Origin: Frankiaceae bacterium
GTDB lineage: Bacteria; Actinomycetota; Actinomycetes; BP-191
Reading direction: 5' to 3'
Assembly (NCBI GenBank): GCA_035536815.1
Contig: DATLNJ010000055.1
Location: 923-64,922 of the forward strand
Length of the DNA: 64,000 bases
Shown: piece after piece, positions 58,912-64,000 of the stretch
How the letters are laid out: each line of letters opens with the position of its first letter
Position numbering within the stretch: the first letter of the stretch is position 1
The notes under the pieces: model-generated
Seen by the model: the letters and a program-made list of their open reading frames with translations, nothing else
Databases searched by the model: none
What the model was told of the DNA's origin: nothing
Program-made: the position numbers and the translations under genes

Positions 58912-60897
58912 ATGCACCCGGACGACGTTCTCGCGCGGCTCGACGCCGAGCAGGGCGCGGCCGTGCGCGCGGTCCGCGGTCCGGTGTGCATCCTCGCCGG
59001 CGCCGGCACCGGCAAGACCCGCACCATCACGCACCGCATCGCGTACGCCGTGCTGTGCGGCACCGTGGCGCCCGAGCACGTCCTCGCGGTGACGTTCACC
59101 GCCCGGGCGGCGGGGGAGCTGCGCGGCCGGCTGCGCGACCTCGGCGTCGAGCGGGTGCAGGCGCGGACGTTCCACGCCGCCGCGCTGCGCCAGCTCACGT
59201 ACTTCTGGCCGCGGGTCGTCGGCGGCGACCCGCCTCGCGTTCTCGAGTCGAAGTTCTCGCTGGTCGGCAGCGCCGCGTCCCGCGCCCGCCAGCAGCTCTC
59301 CGGCCCGGAGCTGCGCGACGTCGTCGCGGAGATCGAGTGGGCGAAGGCACGGCTCGTCTCGCCGGCGGCGTACGAGGCCGCGGCCGCCGCGCTGCACCGC
59401 GCGCCGGTCGTCCCCGCGCCGGTCCTCGCCGACATCTACACGCAGTACGAGGCGGCCAAGACCCGCACCGGGATGGTCGACTTCGACGACATCCTCATGC
59501 TCACCGCCGCGGCCATCGAGGAGCACGAGGACGTCGCCGAGGAGGTGCGCCGCCGTTACCGGTACTTCGTCGTGGACGAGTACCAGGACGTCTCGCCGCT
59601 CCAGCAGCGCCTGCTCGACGCGTGGGTAGGCGACCGCGACGACGTGTGCGTCGTGGGCGACGACGACCAGACGATCTACTCGTTCACCGGCGCCTCCCGC
59701 GACTACCTGCTCGGCTTCCCCTCGCGCTACCCGGGGACGGTCGTCGTCCGGCTCACCCGCGACTACCGGTCCACGCCGCAGGTGGTCGGCCTGGCCAACC
59801 GCGTGCTCGCCGGGGCGAAGCGGCTGGTCGCGCAGCTGCCGGACGGTCCGGCGCCGGTGTTCCAGCAGCACGACGACGAGCCGGCCGAGGCGGCGTGGGT
59901 CGCGGCGCGGATCAGGTCGCTGCTCGACTCCGGCGTCCCGGCCGGCGAGATCGCCGTGCTGTACCGCGTCAACGCGCAGAGCGAGGCGTACGAAGCCGCG
60001 CTCGCCGCGGCCGGCGTCCCGTACGTCATCCGCGGCGGCGAGCGGTACTTCGACCGCCGCGAGGTGCGCGAGGCGATGCTCGCGCTGCGGGTCGCGGCCC
60101 GGTCGGAGGGCGGGTCCGAGGAGGACGCTGCGGTCGGGGTAGCCCTGCCGGTCGCGGTGCGCGCCGCGCTCGGCGAGGTCGGCTGGTTGCCCGAGGAGCC
60201 GGCGCAGAAGGCGGGCGCGACGCGCGACCGGTGGGAGGCACTGACGGCGCTCGCCGGGCTCGCCGACGAGGCCGCCGCGCGGCCCACGCCGCCGTCGTTC
60301 GAGGAGTTCGTCGCCGAGCTCGAACAGCGCGCCGCCGACCAGCACGTGCCGTCGGTCGCCGGCGTGACGCTCGCGTCGTTGCACGCCGCGAAGGGCCTGG
60401 AGTGGGACGCGGTGTTCCTCGTCGGGGTGGTGGACGGGACGTTGCCGATCCAGCACGCGGTGACGCCCGAGGAGGTCGAGGAGGAGCGCCGGCTGCTCTA
60501 CGTCGGCATCACCCGCGCCCGCCGGCACGTGTCCGTGTCGTGGGCGTACGCACGGCAGCCGGGCGGGCGGCGTAGCCGGCGGGTCAGCCGCTTCCTCGAA
60601 GGGATCGTGCCGGGCTCAGCCGTCCCTGCGCCCAAGCCGAAGGCCGCGCGCGACGCCGCGCGGGCCGACCTGTCGCCGGAGGAGCAGGCGCTGTTCGACC
60701 GGCTGCGCGACTGGCGGCGGGAGACCGCGGCGGCGCTGGGGCAGCCGGCGTACTGCGTGTTCACCGACGCGACGTTGTCGGCCATCTCGCGCGCCAGGCC
60801 GGCGGCGAGCGCGGACCTCGCGCGGCTGCCCGGGGTCGGCGCGACGAAGCTGGACAAGTTCGGCGACGACGTGCTCGCCGTCGTGGCCGCCGGCTGA
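58912..60897 (+). CDS. uvrD2: UvrD2-type DNA helicase with C-terminal HRDC domain
   Basis: AGAGTGKTR, DEYQD, HAAKGLEW. HRDC LFDRLRDWRRETAAALGQPAYCVFTDATLSAI...LPGVGATKLDKFG. Confidence 0.9.
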   Translation: MHPDDVLARLDAEQGAAVRAVRGPVCILAGAGTGKTRTITHRIAYAVLCGTVAPEHVLAVTFTARAAGELRGRLRDLGVERVQARTFHAAALRQLTYFWPRVVGGDPPRVLESKFSLVGSAASRARQQLSGPELRDVVAEIEWAKARLVSPAAYEAAAAALHRAPVVPAPVLADIYTQYEAAKTRTGMVDFDDILMLTAAAIEEHEDVAEEVRRRYRYFVVDEYQDVSPLQQRLLDAWVGDRDDVCVVGDDDQTIYSFTGASRDYLLGFPSRYPGTVVVRLTRDYRSTPQVVGLANRVLAGAKRLVAQLPDGPAPVFQQHDDEPAEAAWVAARIRSLLDSGVPAGEIAVLYRVNAQSEAYEAALAAAGVPYVIRGGERYFDRREVREAMLALRVAARSEGGSEEDAAVGVALPVAVRAALGEVGWLPEEPAQKAGATRDRWEALTALAGLADEAAARPTPPSFEEFVAELEQRAADQHVPSVAGVTLASLHAAKGLEWDAVFLVGVVDGTLPIQHAVTPEEVEEERRLLYVGITRARRHVSVSWAYARQPGGRRSRRVSRFLEGIVPGSAVPAPKPKAARDAARADLSPEEQALFDRLRDWRRETAAALGQPAYCVFTDATLSAISRARPAASADLARLPGVGATKLDKFGDDVLAVVAAG

Positions 60898-60950
60898 GGG
60901 CTTGGCGGGGCTCGCTTGTTGCGGATTGGTAACACCCGGCGCGGCCCGCG

Positions 60951-60989
60951 ATAAATCCGTTGCGCACTCCAGGACGGCCCCTCTATCTT
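60951..60989 (+). promoter_or_regulatory. whiB7-type promoter: AT-rich box ATAAAT, 3 bp, -35 TTGCGC, 18-nt spacer, -10 TATCTT
   Basis: Read from the sequence. The AT-rich element sits 3 bp upstream of the -35, the arrangement described for WhiB7 autoregulated promoters. Confidence 0.5.
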
Positions 60990-61038
60990 CCGTCGGACAC
61001 GCCGCACGACTACGCGCGAGACCGGAAGGAGGTGCCCA

Positions 61039-61239
61039 GTGGTGAAGAACGACACCCGGAACGCGATCCGCGAGGACCGCGCGCTGACGGCTGCCCACCT
61101 GGGTGCCGGCCTGCCCGCGTCCTGCGCGCCGACCGCCACGAGCAAGACCACGGGCATGTCCCTCGTCTCGTTCGCCGGCGTCCCGGCGTACGTCGCGGAC
61201 CAGGGGTCCCACCCGCCTCGAGGAAGCTCGCCTGTCTAG
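61039..61239 (+). CDS. leader uORF of the whiB7 attenuator (66 codons)
   Basis: GGAAGGAGG lies 5-8 nt before GTG-GTG at 61039/61042. The TAG stop sits in the loop of a hairpin just 5' of the terminator. Confidence 0.45.
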   Translation: MVKNDTRNAIREDRALTAAHLGAGLPASCAPTATSKTTGMSLVSFAGVPAYVADQGSHPPRGSSPV

Positions 61240-61258
61240 CAGGCAGCGTGCCCCTCGA

Positions 61259-61301
61259 GGCCGCGGACTCCGGAACCCGGAGACCGCGGCCTTTCTCTTT
61301 T
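61259..61301 (+). terminator. intrinsic (attenuator) terminator in the whiB7 leader
   Basis: GGCCGCGGaCTCCGG-aac-CCGGAGaCCGCGGCC followed by TTTCTCTTTT, 35 nt upstream of the whiB7 ATG. Confidence 0.75.
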
Positions 61302-61335
61302 CCCGGCGACAAGTCACAAGGAGGTGACCTCGCAC

Positions 61336-61605
61336 ATGTTCGACCTCATCGAGGCGGGTGTCGGCACCGCCGACCTCCCGTGCTGGAGCTACGACCCCGA
61401 GCTCTTCTTCGCGGAGACCCCGGCGGACGTGGAGTACGCGAAGTCGATCTGCACGGACTGCCCGATCAAGGCGGACTGCCTGGCCGGGGCGCTCGAGCGG
61501 CGTGAGCCGTGGGGTGTCTGGGGCGGGGAGCTGTTCATCCAGGGCGTCGTGGTTCCGCGAAAGCGTCCGCGTGGCCGCCCGCGCAAGGAGGACGTCGCCG
61601 CATGA
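61336..61605 (+). CDS. whiB7: WhiB7-type WhiB-like Fe-S transcription factor with C-terminal AT-hook
   Basis: Cys set C-x23-CxxC-x5-C, EPWGVWGGE, AT-hook RKRPRGRPRK. AAGGAGG RBS. An alternative GTG lies at 61324. Confidence 0.9.
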   Translation: MFDLIEAGVGTADLPCWSYDPELFFAETPADVEYAKSICTDCPIKADCLAGALERREPWGVWGGELFIQGVVVPRKRPRGRPRKEDVAA

Positions 61606-61814
61606 CCGGTCCGACCAACCACACCAAGACCACCACCAGGGAGAACACCATGTTGCTGCTCCATGAAGAGCTCGCGCGCAGTCATCAGCTGCGCCTGCTC
61701 TCGCAGTCCCGGCGCGAGTCTCGCGTCGCCAGGCTCGCCGCCGCACGGCGCTGGGCCCGGCGTGCCGAGGCCGCCGGCCGGCGCGCTCGCGCCGCGTCGC
61801 TTGCCGTCTGGTGA
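61602..61814 (+). CDS. 70-aa Arg-rich helical ORF translationally coupled to whiB7
   Basis: The ATG overlaps the whiB7 TGA (ATGA). AAGGAGG lies 10 nt upstream. It is followed by a strong hairpin. Composition is borderline. Confidence 0.4.
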   Translation: MTGPTNHTKTTTRENTMLLLHEELARSHQLRLLSQSRRESRVARLAAARRWARRAEAAGRRARAASLAVW

Positions 61815-61833
61815 GCCACTACGAGAAGCCGCG

Positions 61834-61869
61834 AAGGCCCGGTTCCGTCGTCCGACGGTGCCGGGCCTT
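61834..61869 (+). terminator. compound hairpin after the whiB7 operon
   Basis: AAGGCCCGG-tt-CCGTCG-tc-CGACGG-tg-CCGGGCCTT, then tcgcgtt (poor U-tract). Confidence 0.5.
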
Positions 61870-61900
61870 TCGCGTTGGCAGGGGGCCCGGACGTAACGAA

Positions 61901-61928
61901 CGGCCCGGCACCTTCCGGTGCCGGGCCG
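61901..61928 (+). other. perfect 12-bp stem hairpin CGGCCCGGCACC-ttcc-GGTGCCGGGCCG
   Basis: Read from the sequence, in the non-coding region downstream of whiB7. Confidence 0.5.
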
Positions 61929-61965
61929 CCCGCGTTCCCCCGCGAGCCCCTCGCAAGGGCCGGCG

Positions 61966-62035
61966 CCCGGCGTCCCCCTCAGAACGCACGTGCGCCTCGG
62001 CGCGGCGGGCGAACCCGGTGTCCCCCTCAGAACAC
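61966..62035 (+). repeat. two 22-nt direct repeats CCCGG(c/t)GTCCCCCTCAGAAC(g/a)C, 48 bp apart
   Basis: Copies at 61966-61987 and 62014-62035, read from the sequence. Confidence 0.8.
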
Positions 62036-62070
62036 CGCTCTGCCCTTCGGCGAGCCCGTAGGCTCGCGTC

Positions 62071-63546
62071 GTGCCGCGACCTGGTAGAGCCCTCGGCGGG
62101 CCGGGAGGTTCGCTGAACTCCCCGAGGGGAAACGGTCAGCTCGCCACGGCGCGCGAAGTGCTCTGCGGCGAGGGTCTCACGCACGTGGTCGACCTGGTGG
62201 CGAGTTGCCAAGAACAGGTCGTCACCGTCGAGAACTCCGCCGGGTCCGTGCGATATTCGCGCACCGCGCCGTACGACGTGATCGAGACCGCCGGCGCCGA
62301 CCCGCTCGCGAACGAGGACCCGTTCGCGTTCGCCTACCCGGACGCCGAGCCCGCCGCGCCGGTCGCCGGGGCGAACGCCTACCCGTTCGGGCGGGAACGG
62401 CTCGCCGGCCTGTTCGACGACCCGCGCGCGCCGGACCTCGTCGTCGTGCACACGGCCGGTCACTACTGGCCGGAGCGCGGTGGCCACCTCGGCGAGCACG
62501 GGTCGCTCGACGCGGTGCAGTCGCGGGCGCCGTTGCTGCTGTCCGGTGCCGGCGTCACCGCGCGCGGCGTCGTCGACGACGTGGCGCGGACCGTGGACGT
62601 CGGCCCGACGCTGGCCCACCTGGCCGGCGGTGCGATGCCGGCGGCAACCGGCCGGCCACTCGCCGCGCACTGCGGTCCGGGCGCGCGGCACGTCGTCGGC
62701 CTGCTCTGGGACGGCGTCAACGCGTCGTCGCTGCTCTCGCTCGCGCTGTCGGGGGAGCTGCCGAACGTCGCGCGGCTGCTCGACCGCGGCGCCGCCCTGC
62801 GCGGCGGTGCCGTCGCGGAGTTCCCGTCCGTCACGTTGGCGAACCACACCTCCGCGCTGACCGGCGTCGGCCCCGGGCGGCACGGCATCCTCCACAACGC
62901 GTTCTACGACCGCGCCACCGGCGAGCGGTGCGTCCCGAACGACGAGACGACCTGGCACCGCGCCTGCGACTGGCTGCGGCCGGGGGTGGTGACGTTGTGG
63001 GAGGCGTTGCCGGGGCGGCGTACCGCGTGCGTCAACGAACCCGTGGATCGCGGCGCCGGGTACTCGACGTTCGGGCTGGTCCGCGAACAGGAAACCGGCG
63101 ACGGGGCGCGCGGCTTGTCTTCGGCGCTGCCCGACCCGACGGCCGACCCGCACGCGTCGCGGTCGTGGGTGGCCGACCCCGGCTACGCGTGGGGCACGTC
63201 GGTCGACGCGCTCGGGCTGCAGCAGGTGCTCGCGCTGTGGAGCGACCCGGCCACCCGGCCGGACGTCATGTGGTGGAACACCACGCTCACCGACACCGCG
63301 CACCACCTCGGCGGGCCGCACTCCGAGGTCGCCGTGGCGTCGTTGCGCGACACCGACCGGCGGCTCGGGACGTTCCTCGACCTCGTGGACCGGCTCGGGC
63401 TCACCGACGAGGTGGCGGTGCTGCTGACCAGCGACCACGGGTCGGAGGCGGCCGACCCCTCGTGCCGCGGGGACTGGGACGAGGCGCTGCGCGCGGCGGG
63501 CGTCGAGTTCCGCGACGAGGCGTACGGCTTCGTCTACCTCGGCTGA
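62071..63546 (+). CDS. alkaline-phosphatase-superfamily protein (nucleotide pyrophosphatase/phosphodiesterase-like)
   Basis: LLWDGVN...FPSVTLANHTSALTGVGPGRHGILHN ... LLTSDHGSE. The N-terminal ~150 aa are unusual and the start codon is not secure (a later start is possible). Confidence 0.7.
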   Translation: MPRPGRALGGPGGSLNSPRGNGQLATAREVLCGEGLTHVVDLVASCQEQVVTVENSAGSVRYSRTAPYDVIETAGADPLANEDPFAFAYPDAEPAAPVAGANAYPFGRERLAGLFDDPRAPDLVVVHTAGHYWPERGGHLGEHGSLDAVQSRAPLLLSGAGVTARGVVDDVARTVDVGPTLAHLAGGAMPAATGRPLAAHCGPGARHVVGLLWDGVNASSLLSLALSGELPNVARLLDRGAALRGGAVAEFPSVTLANHTSALTGVGPGRHGILHNAFYDRATGERCVPNDETTWHRACDWLRPGVVTLWEALPGRRTACVNEPVDRGAGYSTFGLVREQETGDGARGLSSALPDPTADPHASRSWVADPGYAWGTSVDALGLQQVLALWSDPATRPDVMWWNTTLTDTAHHLGGPHSEVAVASLRDTDRRLGTFLDLVDRLGLTDEVAVLLTSDHGSEAADPSCRGDWDEALRAAGVEFRDEAYGFVYLG

Positions 63547-63573
63547 GCGCGGGGGGGGGCGTAGCGTCGGGGC

Positions 63574-63741
63574 GTGGCTGACGCGGCGTACTGCACGTGG
63601 TGCGGCAAGCAGGCCCCGGACGGTGCCCCGCCGACGTGGACCGTGCAGTCGAGCGAACGCGGCGTTCAGGTGCTGTGCGAGGACTGCACGCGCGCGAACC
63701 TGCGGTCCATCGAGGCGAACCTCAGCACCGACTACTGGTAG
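63574..63741 (+). CDS. 55-aa zinc-ribbon-like small protein candidate
   Basis: GTG at 63574. CTWCG ... CEDC (two CxxC pairs). Below the ORF-track length cutoff. Weak RBS. Confidence 0.4.
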   Translation: MADAAYCTWCGKQAPDGAPPTWTVQSSERGVQVLCEDCTRANLRSIEANLSTDYW

Positions 63742-63745
63742 CCGG

Positions 63746-64000
63746 TCAGCCCGCGCCGGGCTTCTCGCGGGTGCGGCGGGCCGCGGGCTTGGCCGGCTCG
63801 GCCCGCTTGGCCGGTTCGGCCGGTTTGGCGGGTTCGGCCGGTTTGGCGGCCTTGGCCGGCTTCGCGGGCGTGGCTGCGGCGGCGCGCTTCGCGGCGGTGC
63901 GGGCCGGCGCGGTGGCTGGCGCCGCCTTCGACGCTCCCCTGCGGGCCGGCGCCTTCGTCCGCGCGCTCGTCGCCCGAGCGGTCACCTGCCCCGCGTCGCC
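63746..64000 (-). CDS. Lys/Ala/Pro-rich basic protein or C-terminal tail (frame open to window end)
   Basis: AKPAKAAKPAEPAKPAEPAKRAEPAKPAARR repeats. There is no stop between 63985 and the window edge, so the gene may be longer. Confidence 0.45.
   Translation of the reverse strand, partial: GDAGQVTARATSARTKAPARRGASKAAPATAPARTAAKRAAAATPAKPAKAAKPAEPAKPAEPAKRAEPAKPAARRTREKPGAG

Noticed and set aside
61216-61291. The CCTCGAGG-flanked hairpin as the antiterminator of the whiB7 leader
   Set aside because: It overlaps the terminator stem by only 2 nt, so the two structures are not mutually exclusive. The real antiterminator, if any, needs a computed fold. I report the structures but not the mechanism.
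61966-62035. The 22-nt direct repeats as PhoP PHO boxes for the downstream phosphodiesterase
   Set aside because: On the reverse strand the repeat reads GTTCTGAGGGGGAC. Only the GTTC matches the PHO-box direct-repeat unit as I recall it, and the 48-bp spacing does not fit tandem 11-nt units. I keep it only as a generic operator-or-sRNA question.
1-64000. tRNA, rRNA, tmRNA, RNase P or riboswitch genes
   Set aside because: Scanning the intergenic regions by eye, I found no T-loop-like GGTTCGAATCC motif, no rRNA-like long non-coding stretch and no familiar riboswitch core. A covariance-model scan (tRNAscan-SE, Infernal/Rfam) is still needed to exclude them formally.

Overview
High-GC actinobacterial chromosomal DNA, densely coding on both strands. 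I support about 62 protein-coding genes and saw no rRNA, tRNA, CRISPR array, transposase or integrase. Most very long ORFs in the six-frame track are Arg/Pro/Gly/Ala-rich shadow frames of real genes.

From memory, the gene content resembles the mycobacterial rhlE ... whiB7 neighbourhood: DEAD-box helicase, DUF3107, TetR, DUF3152, moeZ, an MGMT-like Atl protein, adnA/adnB, mycoredoxin, uvrD2 and whiB7. Accessory blocks appear to be inserted into this backbone.

The items most worth a second look are:

- **Deaminase cassette (19859-21756):** a lower-GC block downstream of a split ligD operon encodes an AvcD/DCD-like two-domain deaminase (degenerate P-loop N-domain, HAE/PCxxC deaminase). It is translationally coupled to a 63-aa coiled-coil ORF.
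- **Fibre-like pair (3771-9563):** two tandemly duplicated secreted proteins of 975 and 909 aa are built from a composite Cys-loop/TTYSAG repeat. Each has a conserved leader inverted repeat, and an S8 protease lies upstream.
- **Orphan RiPP-like precursor (11256-11444):** a 62-aa ORF with a double-glycine leader and four Ser/Thr...Cys segments, with no maturation genes nearby.
- **whiB7 locus:** a complete promoter / uORF / intrinsic-terminator leader, a coupled 70-aa Arg-rich ORF, and a structured repeat-bearing non-coding region downstream.
- **ECF sigma operon (50270-55537):** six tightly coupled genes (sigma, anti-sigma, APH-like kinase, EEP, HAD, CapA).
- **Other items:** a RecA-NDp-like promoter upstream of adnAB, and an NHEJ locus with a Lys/Ala-tailed Ku.

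All functional calls rest on motifs read by eye and on recalled family knowledge. No database search was possible.
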